Virus record (IMG/VR): IMGVR_UViG_3300020420_000873 | Span: 6,982 to 70,981 of that record | Reading direction: 5' to 3' (one strand) | DNA length: 64,000 nt | Source: a virus | Shown here: one piece after another, positions 48,789 to 59,221 of the stretch | Layout of the letters: every line of letters begins with the position of its first letter | How positions within the stretch are numbered: the first letter of the stretch is position 1 | The notes under the pieces: generated by a model | What the model was told of the DNA's origin: nothing | What the model saw: the letters and a program-made list of their open reading frames with translations, nothing else | The model's database searches: none | Program-made: the position numbers and the translations under genes

Positions 48789-49252
48789 TAGTTTGGCCTA
48801 TTGCCTAAGTCGGCAATTCCTTCTTCCATTTCGGCGTATGTTTTGTAACCTGTTTTTACACTATCTTGTTTTGGATAAAATATCTCACAACCATTTTCAC
48901 CATCTTCTGATACTTCTATTCTAACATCACGTTTTGGATATTTTTGTTTAATTTGTTGATAGATATCATCTGCCATCATTTCACATGATCTATAATCAAG
49001 TTGAATTGTACCTTTTTCATACAAACTTTCCAACCATCTTTTAAATTGTATAAATTCAATATCTCTATCATTATGGAAAACTTCAATAGCAACTTTAAAA
49101 TGAAAAATATGCCTGTGTGGATATCCTAAAAATGATACATCATCATCTCCACCTGTTGCTAGATTAGGATCATCAAGTGCCGCTGGATACTTATGTATTC
49201 CTTCTTTTCTAAATGTTACCCATATTAATTTTTTCATTATGCTACCGTCCAT
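48788..49252 (-). CDS. QueD/PTPS-like T-fold protein
   Basis: GIH..HRH.FHF, SCEM.A, VSEDGENG. Start may be MKKLI. Confidence 0.65.
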   Translation of the reverse strand: MDGSIMKKLIWVTFRKEGIHKYPAALDDPNLATGGDDDVSFLGYPHRHIFHFKVAIEVFHNDRDIEFIQFKRWLESLYEKGTIQLDYRSCEMMADDIYQQIKQKYPKRDVRIEVSEDGENGCEIFYPKQDSVKTGYKTYAEMEEGIADLGNRPN

Positions 49253-49343
49253 ATCATTATTAATGCTATTAATGTTATTCCTACCAAATCATATATCCAT
49301 TCATTCTTCATATAATATAATATAATGCCTTATAGTTATTTTG

Positions 49344-49568
49344 TCAATCAAAGTCTGTTCTAACAATGTGCTTTCTTAATGCCCTAACAAGTTCTTCAAT
49401 TTTATCAATTACAGAAATTAAACTTTTATCTGTTATATAAGATTGTCTTGAACGTAATTTATCATATTCTTTAAGTGGAATAGTTACTGTACCACCTTCA
49501 TTTTCATAAGACATATCTTCGCCATATTCTTTATGATCATCATACATTCTTTTATCTTCTTCTGTCAT
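49344..49568 (-). CDS. Hypothetical protein
   Basis: GGAGG RBS. Confidence 0.7.
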   Translation of the reverse strand: MTEEDKRMYDDHKEYGEDMSYENEGGTVTIPLKEYDKLRSRQSYITDKSLISVIDKIEELVRALRKHIVRTDFD

Positions 49569-49735
49569 ACACCTCCATTTTTTAGTTTATCTTTTGCTAT
49601 CAGTTTTTCTTTTTTTAAATTTAATAATTCTTCTTTGGTCGACCAATCCCTAGCATGTTTTCTTAATTGTTCTGCTTCATTAACTTTTCTTTTTAGTTCC
49701 TTGTGCTTTTGTCTTAGTTCTTGTGCTGTTACCAT
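49565..49735 (-). CDS. DUF465/YdcH-like small coiled-coil protein (56 aa)
   Basis: Hand translation MVTAQELRQKHKEL..LKKEKLIAKDKL; AAGGAGG RBS. Confidence 0.65.
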   Translation of the reverse strand: MVTAQELRQKHKELKRKVNEAEQLRKHARDWSTKEELLNLKKEKLIAKDKLKNGGV

Positions 49736-49901
49736 TTTTCCTCCTTGCCTCTCAAAACATCTAAAACTCTACGTGATCCAATCTTATCTAATTTTTTGTT
49801 CACTTTTTCAATTTCTTTGTTTATCAAAGCCTGTGTTTTTATTAAACCTAATTTTTGACCTAGTAAGGACATTTCTTCAGAATGAATTTCTATTTTACTT
49901 T

Positions 49902-50159
49902 TCATGTTTTCAGTATCACTGGATACGATTTTGCTTTTTTAGTTTTTGGTTTTGTTGTTTTCTTTTTTAATAAATCTTTTGCTTTAGGAGCCAGTTTGTT
50001 TAATCTAAAAGATAGCATTTTTCTTGATCCACTAGATGTAACAACAACTGGTTGTCCATTTTCATCTTTTTTAATATCTGTAATTTTAGTTGCAACGTTT
50101 CTAAAACGACCAACTTCAATAGTGTCGCCAACATTTATTTTTAGTGTCAATGACCTCAT
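49902..50159 (-). CDS. Basic hypothetical protein
   Basis: ATGA-coupled start MRSLTLKINVGD. Confidence 0.65.
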   Translation of the reverse strand: MRSLTLKINVGDTIEVGRFRNVATKITDIKKDENGQPVVVTSSGSRKMLSFRLNKLAPKAKDLLKKKTTKPKTKKAKSYPVILKT

Positions 50160-50680
50160 ACTGGCTTGTCCTTTTTGTACTGATTCCAATCTGTGTAATT
50201 GTTTGGCACTTTGATTGTTTCTATAGTGGTTGACCAAACGCCTGAATTTGTTGCTTCAAAATCTTCATCATCTAATTTTATATTAATTGTGCCTTTTATC
50301 TTATCAATGTTAGGAACAACAATTGCATAAGTTAAACTGAATCTAGAATTTGAAAGAAAACTTTTAAGTTCTTGTGGCACTGTTACAGGATCAACGTCAA
50401 CAGTTACATGGAATTTTGCATTTAAGCATTCTTTGATTAAATGTATCATTGGTGCTGTCCACTTGTCCTTCCAATTTTTGAAAGAATGATTTGCACCAAA
50501 ATAAATTTGCTCAACATCGCCGTGTTTTAAGACTTTGTTGATAAAATGTACTGGTTCTTCTTTTGGAACACCAACTACAAAATATGTCAACATACCATGA
50601 CATGGTGTTCTTTCTACTTCTATACCAACAAAGTCTGTAACATTCTCTTTGATCTCTTTATTATCGTATTCTCGCTTCAT
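50156..50680 (-). CDS. Hypothetical phage protein
   Basis: Start MKREY 6 nt after a TTGACA-N16-TATTAT promoter; G.EVE.TP..IYFGANHSF. Confidence 0.75.
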   Translation of the reverse strand: MKREYDNKEIKENVTDFVGIEVERTPCHGMLTYFVVGVPKEEPVHFINKVLKHGDVEQIYFGANHSFKNWKDKWTAPMIHLIKECLNAKFHVTVDVDPVTVPQELKSFLSNSRFSLTYAIVVPNIDKIKGTINIKLDDEDFEATNSGVWSTTIETIKVPNNYTDWNQYKKDKPV

Positions 50681-50715
50681 TGTACAATAATAACACACAT
50701 ACAGATTTTGTCAAT

Positions 50716-51117
50716 CTATATGTCGCCTTCTTTTCGGTTTTCGCTTTTGGCCACATCAAATTCACCGGATGGATATCTGGCCAACAATTTTTCTTTATTT
50801 TTATTAATTACTTCATTTGGTTCAATACCCAATGCCATGCAACCTTGTGTCCAATACCACATCACATCGCCAAGTTCTTTAATCATATGAGTCTTGGTCT
50901 CATCTGTTAATGGTTTTCCTTGGAATACTAGTTTTTTAACAATTTCTGTAAACTCTCCTGATTCAGCTGAAAGGCCAAGTGCCGCTGTTAATAATCTTGG
51001 AACATCCCCATTTCCTAAATCATCTAATCTTTGCCTAAATGCAGTTGAATCTTTAGACTCACTACTAGTAACCTTATCCACGAATTGTGAATATTCTTTT
51101 AAATCAATCTCTGACAT
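50716..51117 (-). CDS. MazG-like NTP pyrophosphohydrolase
   Basis: GL.AESGE..EIVKK, ELGDV.WY, N..KL..RY. Confidence 0.88.
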   Translation of the reverse strand: MSEIDLKEYSQFVDKVTSSESKDSTAFRQRLDDLGNGDVPRLLTAALGLSAESGEFTEIVKKLVFQGKPLTDETKTHMIKELGDVMWYWTQGCMALGIEPNEVINKNKEKLLARYPSGEFDVAKSENRKEGDI

Positions 51118-51334
51118 CGTGTTTCTCCATTTGCTCTTCTACTTCATCTACAAGATCTTTTACATCTTGGTGCCACAATATTCTATCTTGTGGTATTGCT
51201 TGAATTAATTTTTTTACTGTTTTCTTTAATTGGTTGTATTTGTATTTCATGTTAGCGGCTTCATTACGATATTCATTAGCCATGTATTCTGCTGTCCATC
51301 TAGCACCTTGATCTGGTGGATAGTTATCACTCAT
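51104..51334 (-). CDS. Hypothetical protein
   Basis: TAATG-coupled ORF. Confidence 0.65.
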   Translation of the reverse strand: MSDNYPPDQGARWTAEYMANEYRNEAANMKYKYNQLKKTVKKLIQAIPQDRILWHQDVKDLVDEVEEQMEKHDVRD

Positions 51335-52860
51335 TATACTGTTTCTAACACTTTCTCTAGTTGTTCTAACTTTTCATCATTTGGATCACCTAGTTCTTCA
51401 TCTCCCATTGAACTTTGTGTTTCTACATCAAATAAATTGCTAAAGTTATTACCAGATTGACCAGTCCACCTTACACCTCTAATATCATGTAAGAATGCTT
51501 GGTTATCTTCTAACATCTGCATAGGCGTTTCTGATTTAAAGAAATCTTCAACAAAGGCATTAAAATATAATACGTTTCTCGGACACCAATCACTAAATTC
51601 AACTGATGTTTCTTTTTGTTTTGCTTTACGCCAATGTCTATAATCTGGCTTATGTATAGATGATTCAATATCAGTAATTTGATTTGCTTTCTGTACAATC
51701 TTAATGTGCTGATTAACATTATGACCCATCATTAATGCATAAGCAAATGAATCCCAAGATGTTTTTCCTTCTTTACCTACTTTGTTCAAATCACCAGGTC
51801 CATACCAACATATATCACCGATAGTAAGTCTTTTACCAATCTCCGACTCCCATGGAAACGGAATAGTAGAAAGTTTTAATGCTTTACTATCAGTTGCTTT
51901 GTCCATAATATATGACCATCGCTTGTTAGTGTGAACCGGTGAAGTGTACACCAAACCATGTGCTGTTGCCACAAATGCACTAGCACTATCATACGATACT
52001 GTAAGGTTTGGATTTACATGCTCTCTTAATTGTCTTTGAATTGATGTTAAGAAACAAGCCCAGTCTAGTTTACTGGTACCAAGAAAGTGTATCCAGTCTC
52101 GATTATCGAGCAACTTAGAATCTCGCAATATGATTAAGCGTCGGAGAGCCATAGTCATATCACACATGTTGTTTCCTCCAAATGCCCAACCTTCAAATGG
52201 AAAATGCTTTACAGCATCATACCATACATCTCCAGTTGGAATATCAAAGCCTTGGAGCACGTTTAAGAACTTGGTTTGACCAAGCCTATTCTTTAAAAAA
52301 TATTCATTGTTATGTACTGTACCTGCAATACAATCACCATACGATTTTAATCCTGTTTTTGGACTATGTGTGGCATCACTTGCCCAACTAGGAATATCTA
52401 ACACCATTGACCAATCTGCTGTAAGTTCTAACCAATGTAAAATCTTATCACGCATTTTGTTTGCTGATTGTCCTTTAAAGTTTTGCCAATCAAACTTCAA
52501 TACACCTTTACCAATTTGATAACCACCAGAGTCACCTACAATAATTGTGTCTTTCTTATCTCTTGTGTGGAACATTGATTCGTTCACAATAGATTTTTCA
52601 ACATCTAAATGTGCATGACCGGCTGAATACAAACCATATTTGTAATTGAAGTAACCTTTGTCTTTGTTGAAAAAATTTAATCCTTCAATGCCGTTTTCAA
52701 ATCCTTTTGGAATCCTATCATTTGGCACAAACTGTTTATCAGTGCCAATTGTTTGTTGTTGCTTACTTACATAAGTCTGATAAAAACCACTGACCGCTGG
52801 CAAAAATACTGCATAGTCCTTATGGCTGGCTGTTAGATCTTCTCCGTATGGTTTAGACAC
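51334..52860 (-). CDS. TGT-fold (DpdA-like) guanine transglycosylase
   Basis: DSGGYQ, LDIP, VLQG, GWAFGG, HFLGT, SYDS. Confidence 0.75.
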   Translation of the reverse strand: MSKPYGEDLTASHKDYAVFLPAVSGFYQTYVSKQQQTIGTDKQFVPNDRIPKGFENGIEGLNFFNKDKGYFNYKYGLYSAGHAHLDVEKSIVNESMFHTRDKKDTIIVGDSGGYQIGKGVLKFDWQNFKGQSANKMRDKILHWLELTADWSMVLDIPSWASDATHSPKTGLKSYGDCIAGTVHNNEYFLKNRLGQTKFLNVLQGFDIPTGDVWYDAVKHFPFEGWAFGGNNMCDMTMALRRLIILRDSKLLDNRDWIHFLGTSKLDWACFLTSIQRQLREHVNPNLTVSYDSASAFVATAHGLVYTSPVHTNKRWSYIMDKATDSKALKLSTIPFPWESEIGKRLTIGDICWYGPGDLNKVGKEGKTSWDSFAYALMMGHNVNQHIKIVQKANQITDIESSIHKPDYRHWRKAKQKETSVEFSDWCPRNVLYFNAFVEDFFKSETPMQMLEDNQAFLHDIRGVRWTGQSGNNFSNLFDVETQSSMGDEELGDPNDEKLEQLEKVLETV

Positions 52861-53603
52861 TATTGACTCCTAGCAGGAAGTATGTAATCATAAGTGGCTG
52901 TACCAGAATCAACTGATATCTGCATAGCACCTTGATCACTAAATGACATACTTGCTTGTGAAGTATCACTTAATTTTAAAATGCTTAATACCTGTGATAA
53001 CGGCCATGCCCATCCTTTTGATAATTTGCCTTTCACGTTTTGAGCAAATGGAATTTCAACTCTGTCGTTTGCTCCGTCGCCAATATAAAACTTTAATGTG
53101 TCACCATCTGTCTTTGCAACAAACGTTGGCTCAAAGCCACCCATAATACCATTAAAGTAAGTCAAGTCTTTAATATTTTGTTGTGTTGGCTGTACTGTAA
53201 TATCCCATTCAACACCTTTAAACTTGATTGTTTTTAATTGTTCTTCAATTAAAGAACTAACCATGAATCTATAGTTTGCAGTATAACCACCTGGTGATGT
53301 AAATTTAAGCTCTTCTGCTGTTTCAACACCATCTCTTGTGTTTGTTATAACTTCGATGTTTGCACCATCTTTGCCATATGCTTCATAATTCAAGTAACCT
53401 GATAATACACCAAGTCTACCCATTCCAATTAATCCAGGAACATTGTCTAATTTATTTTTTAGTTTACCTTTTAGGACAACTGTTCTATCATCATCCATTG
53501 CTTCAACACTTGTGCCTTCATCTGTGCTTTCAAGTTTCACTGCTTGAATAAAGCCTAACGAATGTGTGTGTTTTACAATATCTAGTAATACATCTCTTAA
53601 CAT
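52860..53603 (-). CDS. Sliding clamp (gp45-like)
   Basis: 247 aa, clamp-like sequence ending YDYILPA, near PolB. Confidence 0.65.
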   Translation of the reverse strand: MLRDVLLDIVKHTHSLGFIQAVKLESTDEGTSVEAMDDDRTVVLKGKLKNKLDNVPGLIGMGRLGVLSGYLNYEAYGKDGANIEVITNTRDGVETAEELKFTSPGGYTANYRFMVSSLIEEQLKTIKFKGVEWDITVQPTQQNIKDLTYFNGIMGGFEPTFVAKTDGDTLKFYIGDGANDRVEIPFAQNVKGKLSKGWAWPLSQVLSILKLSDTSQASMSFSDQGAMQISVDSGTATYDYILPARSQ

Positions 53604-53645
53604 TTTGTTTTACCTCCGACTTTCTTTATTTTTACTATATTAACA

Positions 53646-53849
53646 TTACTGACTGTCATTGTCAATATCTTTTTTGTGTTTTATCCACGCCCTATGATGA
53701 TGAAAATCAATTGATTGCATGGCCACTGATTTCCATATTTTATTGGCCTCTTCTTCAGTTTCAAAAGGTCCGTGAATCATTCTTGTTTTTAAATCCATAG
53801 TTGTATAGTCATTCGGATCTGTATGCATTCCTTCCACTACGTAATACAT
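53646..53849 (-). CDS. DUF4170-like small protein
   Basis: Y.V.G...D..GPF...EEA...W.......D..H.R..I. Confidence 0.55.
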   Translation of the reverse strand: MYYVVEGMHTDPNDYTTMDLKTRMIHGPFETEEEANKIWKSVAMQSIDFHHHRAWIKHKKDIDNDSQ

Positions 53850-53850
53850 A

Positions 53851-54630
53851 TTATTTTGTTCCGGCTATGGATTTTGTGTAATCTGCGGCTATTTTTATAT
53901 CAATCCATTCTTTTGGAGACATAGTTGGTTGCCATCCTAATTTTCTTAATTCTGTATTATCTGCTGTATTATCATCAGCTTCTGCATCTTGGCCTTCTTG
54001 AATTGGCACATCAAATCCTGCATATCTTACTATATCTGATACCCTATATCCTTCGCCTGTTCCTACTTCATAAGTAGGATTTTTATCTTTGGTTCCATTT
54101 TGAATAAAAATCATTATTGCTGATACAACATCTTCTACGTAAATTAAATCTCTTACATGTTCTGTAGCAAACTTAACTGTTCCATTTGCTATTCTTGACA
54201 TCAGCATTGTATCTCTTGCACCTTTGCCAAAAACTGTGGTGAATCTTAATCCTACTTGCCCAGGATGTGCTATAGCCTCCATGGCTTTTTTGCTTGTACC
54301 ATATGGAGACTTCCACCATGCATGTACACAGGATGATGACGCATACACTACTGGTATATCATTCCTATGACAAAGATCAAATATCTTTTTACTATATTCC
54401 ACATTGGTTTTCCAATACAATTGTGGTTCTTTTAAACTACGCCTTACATCAGCAATTGCGGCTAAATGCACAACCATATCAACACCAGATGGTATCCCTG
54501 CTAAAGAAAAATCTTTAATGTCTTTGCCATGAGCTCTATCCCATTCAACTACTTCATGCTTTGCTACTTTTAATCTTTGTACCAAATGTTTTCCAATAAA
54601 ACCTGTACTACCTGTTACAATTATCTTCAT
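53851..54630 (-). CDS. NAD-dependent epimerase/dehydratase
   Basis: TGSTGFIG, HLAA, YASSS, YGTSK. Confidence 0.9.
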   Translation of the reverse strand: MKIIVTGSTGFIGKHLVQRLKVAKHEVVEWDRAHGKDIKDFSLAGIPSGVDMVVHLAAIADVRRSLKEPQLYWKTNVEYSKKIFDLCHRNDIPVVYASSSCVHAWWKSPYGTSKKAMEAIAHPGQVGLRFTTVFGKGARDTMLMSRIANGTVKFATEHVRDLIYVEDVVSAIMIFIQNGTKDKNPTYEVGTGEGYRVSDIVRYAGFDVPIQEGQDAEADDNTADNTELRKLGWQPTMSPKEWIDIKIAADYTKSIAGTK

Positions 54631-57341
54631 GCTGATTCAAATAAACTTTCAAATACTGTTGATGTTTTCGTTGATTCTAAGTCCCAACCAAGTTCACTCA
54701 TTAAGTTACTAACTTTTTGATCGATAATTGATTGTTCCATGCCATCATGATCAAATGGCAATTCTTTAAACCATTTCGGAATATTTAATTCATCAATTGG
54801 ATAGGCTATAGATGTAAAGTTCATTGGATTTGATTTTAGTTTACATACAATAACTTTTTGTCCATCCATAATTGGCAATGAATATAAATCTTTATATGCA
54901 TCACGCATTGTGTTCCAATTAATACTTGCCCTCACATGACCTGGCATCACTGGCTTTTTAATTTTACCATTTCCAGCACCACTAGCCATGCGTGATGTTG
55001 CACGTTTGTATCTTTCAATATCTTGTACATATTTGGTTAAGTTATTGACACGTTTCGGAGTGCCTTTTTCCCAACCAGGTCTGTCTGCAAACTTACGTTT
55101 AAAATTTTGTATTTCTGTAAGTATATCTTTTTTATCAACTCCAGTTAAAATTTGTGTTAAGATATCTGATAAAAAGTTTTGTACAAAATCTGGTGTATCT
55201 GATCTTTTCAAATCAAGACCCATTGCTTTTAACTTACCAGGCTTGTCAACATCTTGTCTGTTACCTTCTAAATCATATATTAGTGCCGCATATCTTTTCT
55301 TTGTGATAAACAAACCTTTCGATGCAACCATTTCTCTACCACCAACAATTATTTGACCATTTTCACGTGGCACATTTGTTGCTTTCTGCATAAATGTTGG
55401 AAAAGATTTGTTTACTTCTTCTGCAACACTGTCATACAATTCAATAACACTATCTTTCGTCCAAGGAATCTTACCATCTTTGACATCTTGCTTAACCATT
55501 GGATATGCTGAAAAATAAACTGAATCTGTATCACCATACACAATTGCTTTACCTCTATGATCATATTCACCTGTCATGATTTGATTTGTTATAGCCGCCA
55601 TATGTTTTGTGATTGTTCTACCTGTAAGTGTAACTGATTGTCCAATACGTTGATCAAAAAACCTACAACCTGGATTTAAAATTGCACCATATAAACTATT
55701 CAAATTAATTTTTTTAACTAGCTGTCTTTTATCCCAAAACTCTATTTGTTCTTTATCACCATTTGAGATTGCTTCACGCATTTTACCTTGTAATACTTTT
55801 CTTTCTGCGAACCATGTTTCTAATAGCCCAGGAATAATTGCTTTAGTGGATGTATTAAATATTGTACCATTTGCTGACAAACACCAACCTTGATTCTGTT
55901 GAAATATAATCGCATAAACTTCTGCACCACTCATTTCTTCTGTTGTTCCATCTTCAAAGTCAACAATTATGTTCACTCCTCGATCTTGTTCCATTACTGC
56001 CGTGTACTCAATTGTACCAAACATTCCTTCCCAAGCGTCTGCGGCCGACTTCTTTTCTTTATGGATTTTATCATTAATATATTTTTCTGTGTGCGTTGGT
56101 CTTAATTGTCCAACAATAGTTTCAGGACCCATGTTCAAACATCTAATCACTGACGGATATAGCGAATTAATATCGATTGACGCAATCCAGTCATGTAAAC
56201 CTTTTTTAGGCGTTGCCACATAAGCACCAACAGCCGCACCAGACGAGTGTGGTTCTCGATAAGGTCTATTTGGAATAATAAATCCGCGTTTGTGTGCTTC
56301 ATTTACAATTGCTTGTTCTGTAACTGCAACTGCACCCATTGTTGTTTGTAACAAAACTGTATTTGCATGTGCCAATACGTTTGCTAAATCAATAAATTTT
56401 AATTTGTTATCAAGTTTTGCCAATAGTGCAACGTCTTGTCTATTATAAGCAATAAATTTTTCAAAGTCTTCGTTGTATAATTGATCAAGTGTACCTTCAT
56501 ATGGAATCTTTTTCTCACCAATTTCATATTCACCAATTGCATCAAGTCTATATGAGTGCATTTCATGATAAGTATATTTTCTATACAGTTCTAGATAATC
56601 TAAATGCACACGACCAAAGAAATCAAAAGTTTGTTGCTCGTTGCCAAACTTTGTAAATGTTCTTTCACGTGGATATAAATCCCATAAACTAAAACGTCTA
56701 ACATCATCTTTGCTTAATATCATTTCAGTTCTGTTTACAATATATGGAATATCAAAACCTTCACTGTTCCAACCACTTAATATATCTGCGTCTTCAATTA
56801 GATGTAAAAATGTATTAAGAAGTTGTGCTTCTGTTTCACATAATACAGTATTGTCAAACTTTTTAGCAATTGAATCTGCCATTTCAAAAGGCATATCTTT
56901 CGGAGCAAGACACAATGTTATTAAACTGTCAAGCCAATTTAGATGTAGTGTAATTGCTGTGATACGTTGATGAGGATCATCTGGCTTTGCGAAACCACGA
57001 TCTTTATCAAAGTCTACTTCAATATCAAATAATGCTATATGTAAATCTGGGGCTTCTTTTTCAAGATAGTTTTCTTCTAAACATCTAAAGACTGGGTTAA
57101 GGTCAGCTTCATACAATCTTTGACCTTCATACATTTTCTTTTCTTTTTGAAAAGACTTGTTGTTTGTTGTTTCAAATTTACTTAATGATCTTCCATATAT
57201 GGATGTGTGATCACCATCTTTGTCTTCATAATAAAACCTATATGTAGTTGGAAACGTTTTGTATACACGTTTACCATCAACACGTTCTACTATATTGATT
57301 TGATCTTTATCTCTATTTAAATATGCGTCTACGTAACTCAT
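54627..57341 (-). CDS. Family B DNA polymerase (gp43-like)
   Basis: DIEVD exonuclease motif, DINSLYPS, KINLNSLYG, YGDTDS, KKRY. Confidence 0.97.
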   Translation of the reverse strand: MSYVDAYLNRDKDQINIVERVDGKRVYKTFPTTYRFYYEDKDGDHTSIYGRSLSKFETTNNKSFQKEKKMYEGQRLYEADLNPVFRCLEENYLEKEAPDLHIALFDIEVDFDKDRGFAKPDDPHQRITAITLHLNWLDSLITLCLAPKDMPFEMADSIAKKFDNTVLCETEAQLLNTFLHLIEDADILSGWNSEGFDIPYIVNRTEMILSKDDVRRFSLWDLYPRERTFTKFGNEQQTFDFFGRVHLDYLELYRKYTYHEMHSYRLDAIGEYEIGEKKIPYEGTLDQLYNEDFEKFIAYNRQDVALLAKLDNKLKFIDLANVLAHANTVLLQTTMGAVAVTEQAIVNEAHKRGFIIPNRPYREPHSSGAAVGAYVATPKKGLHDWIASIDINSLYPSVIRCLNMGPETIVGQLRPTHTEKYINDKIHKEKKSAADAWEGMFGTIEYTAVMEQDRGVNIIVDFEDGTTEEMSGAEVYAIIFQQNQGWCLSANGTIFNTSTKAIIPGLLETWFAERKVLQGKMREAISNGDKEQIEFWDKRQLVKKINLNSLYGAILNPGCRFFDQRIGQSVTLTGRTITKHMAAITNQIMTGEYDHRGKAIVYGDTDSVYFSAYPMVKQDVKDGKIPWTKDSVIELYDSVAEEVNKSFPTFMQKATNVPRENGQIIVGGREMVASKGLFITKKRYAALIYDLEGNRQDVDKPGKLKAMGLDLKRSDTPDFVQNFLSDILTQILTGVDKKDILTEIQNFKRKFADRPGWEKGTPKRVNNLTKYVQDIERYKRATSRMASGAGNGKIKKPVMPGHVRASINWNTMRDAYKDLYSLPIMDGQKVIVCKLKSNPMNFTSIAYPIDELNIPKWFKELPFDHDGMEQSIIDQKVSNLMSELGWDLESTKTSTVFESLFESA

Positions 57342-58366
57342 TCAACATACACCTGGCCAAATTTGTTGCTAATAAAAGTTTGCCAATCAACATCTTCTTG
57401 TTTAACAAAACCCTCACCTGTAAGTTCATCTTTACAGTATGATACTATATTAGCACAAACTCCAGATGCTGTCGACCTCTGAATTGCACTCATGCCATCT
57501 TTTCCAAAGATATTTTTTTGGTATGACTTTTCTAACAATTTACCGCTCTTTATTCCTATTACTTTGATTAACATAACCACTACATCTTCTGTAGTATATG
57601 GTACTGTTTGATCAAATAGGTCACCTATTTTATCTTTGTTGCTTTGTAAGTTTAAGTCTTGTAGTAAGAAATTCATTTTATCTCTATGACCAGGATATCT
57701 AATTGTTTTATAACTTAAAGTTTTTACTTTGTCTTTAAATGTTTCACACATTGTTGCTACTCCACCTGACGTGTTAAATGCTTCATATCTTCTTCCATCA
57801 ATATAAATTCTTTCAACACCATCTAGTGGTGGTATTTTTAATTTTTTTCCATCTACAATTACATCACACAGATTACAATATTCATTGATTAAACCGTTTG
57901 TTGACCAAGTTAAATAATAACTCATTTCATTAGATGGATAACGTGGCAATGCACCAACTCTCATTTGTACATCATGCACTTCATCAAATTCTTTTATTAA
58001 ATTACTACCAATGATATTAACTGCACCAGGAGCCAGTCCACACTGAGGCATCATAAATGTTTTTGTATTTAAATTTTTGATATAGTCAGTTACTTCAACG
58101 TCTTCTGTTAAATCAAAATAAGCTACTCCCATTCTAGAGGCTACGTTTGCTATGCTTTTGTTTAAGTAATATGGAGCCGCAGAACACACTGCATCTTTAT
58201 TTTGTAAAAAATGTTCAATCTGTGTTTCGTTGGTTGCATCTAAAGACACAACTCCATGTTCTTGAACTGAATCTCCTATTGTTACTTCATAATATTCTGA
58301 TTTTAATAAACTTGCAATTGTTTTACCAATTTTTCCATTTCCAATAACTGCTATCCTATTTTTCAT
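57338..58366 (-). CDS. Saccharopine/lysine 6-dehydrogenase family
   Basis: GNGKIG, CGLAPG, TWS..GLINEY, EAFNTSGG, YKTIRYPGH. Confidence 0.85.
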   Translation of the reverse strand: MKNRIAVIGNGKIGKTIASLLKSEYYEVTIGDSVQEHGVVSLDATNETQIEHFLQNKDAVCSAAPYYLNKSIANVASRMGVAYFDLTEDVEVTDYIKNLNTKTFMMPQCGLAPGAVNIIGSNLIKEFDEVHDVQMRVGALPRYPSNEMSYYLTWSTNGLINEYCNLCDVIVDGKKLKIPPLDGVERIYIDGRRYEAFNTSGGVATMCETFKDKVKTLSYKTIRYPGHRDKMNFLLQDLNLQSNKDKIGDLFDQTVPYTTEDVVVMLIKVIGIKSGKLLEKSYQKNIFGKDGMSAIQRSTASGVCANIVSYCKDELTGEGFVKQEDVDWQTFISNKFGQVYVE

Positions 58367-58370
58367 AAAT

Positions 58371-58811
58371 TTATCCTATTAGTTTTTTTATTGTAGATAT
58401 TGAATATTCTCTTGCACCTTCATCATCGCCATCACATTCATGTCTATCAGCTATTCTGTTTGCTCCTAGCTCTTCCATGCGTTTATCAATTTTTTTACCA
58501 GCACCACAATAATATGTATGACTGCTATCTCCTAACGCACATACTCCATATTTAGTCTTGCTAAGATCTATATCAGCACCAGATAACTTATCAAAAAATG
58601 CTTCACCATTTGATGGGACATCTCCTTGACCTGTTGTACTTGAAATAAAAACTACATTTTCCATATTTTTAAATGAATCCATGTCAACATCATTCATTTC
58701 ATTTATTTCTACGTCAACATCTAAACTATCTTTTGTACTTTCGTAAACGTCAACTGCAACGTCTTCAGCAGTACCAAACATAGATGCCCACAATATGTTT
58801 ACTTTACTCAT
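58371..58811 (-). CDS. Flavodoxin
   Basis: ASMFGTAE, STTGQGDVP, ALGDS. Confidence 0.9.
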   Translation of the reverse strand: MSKVNILWASMFGTAEDVAVDVYESTKDSLDVDVEINEMNDVDMDSFKNMENVVFISSTTGQGDVPSNGEAFFDKLSGADIDLSKTKYGVCALGDSSHTYYCGAGKKIDKRMEELGANRIADRHECDGDDEGAREYSISTIKKLIG

Positions 58812-58819
58812 ATTCTCAC

Positions 58820-59119
58820 CTATTTTCTTTTCTTACCTTTCTTTTTAATACCATATGCTTCAGCAAGTTTGTTAGGTTCCATGCCGTCAACGGAAACCAC
58901 TTTGTCCATTGTAATCTTTTCCCATTGACCATCAACATTTGACCTTGCATTGAATATTGGTGTGCCGTCGTCTACTTCAATATTGTTTATAGTAAAACTA
59001 CCAACGTTATCAACTGTACCCATGCCACCAAAGGCTGTTGCTGAATACCATGCATCAACTTCTGTATCTTGTTTAATAATATTTCTTTTTATTAACTCTT
59101 GTCCGAGTGTTTTATCCAT
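58820..59119 (-). CDS. Hypothetical phage protein
   Basis: 99-aa ORF, VDGMEP.KLA. Confidence 0.7.
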   Translation of the reverse strand: MDKTLGQELIKRNIIKQDTEVDAWYSATAFGGMGTVDNVGSFTINNIEVDDGTPIFNARSNVDGQWEKITMDKVVSVDGMEPNKLAEAYGIKKKGKKRK

Positions 59120-59221
59120 AGTTTATTCTTTCTTTTTTCTTGTTGTTTTGCTGTACTGTATCCAATTAAGAATGACACTGCTATGACAGTACAAATAGCA
59201 AGTAAGTGCCAAATAACAAAA

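Noticed and set aside
49533-49970. 145-aa plus-strand ORF
   Set aside because: Shadow of coupled small minus-strand genes that have good RBSs.
54627-57341. Intein or split in PolB
   Set aside because: Normal length with contiguous motifs.
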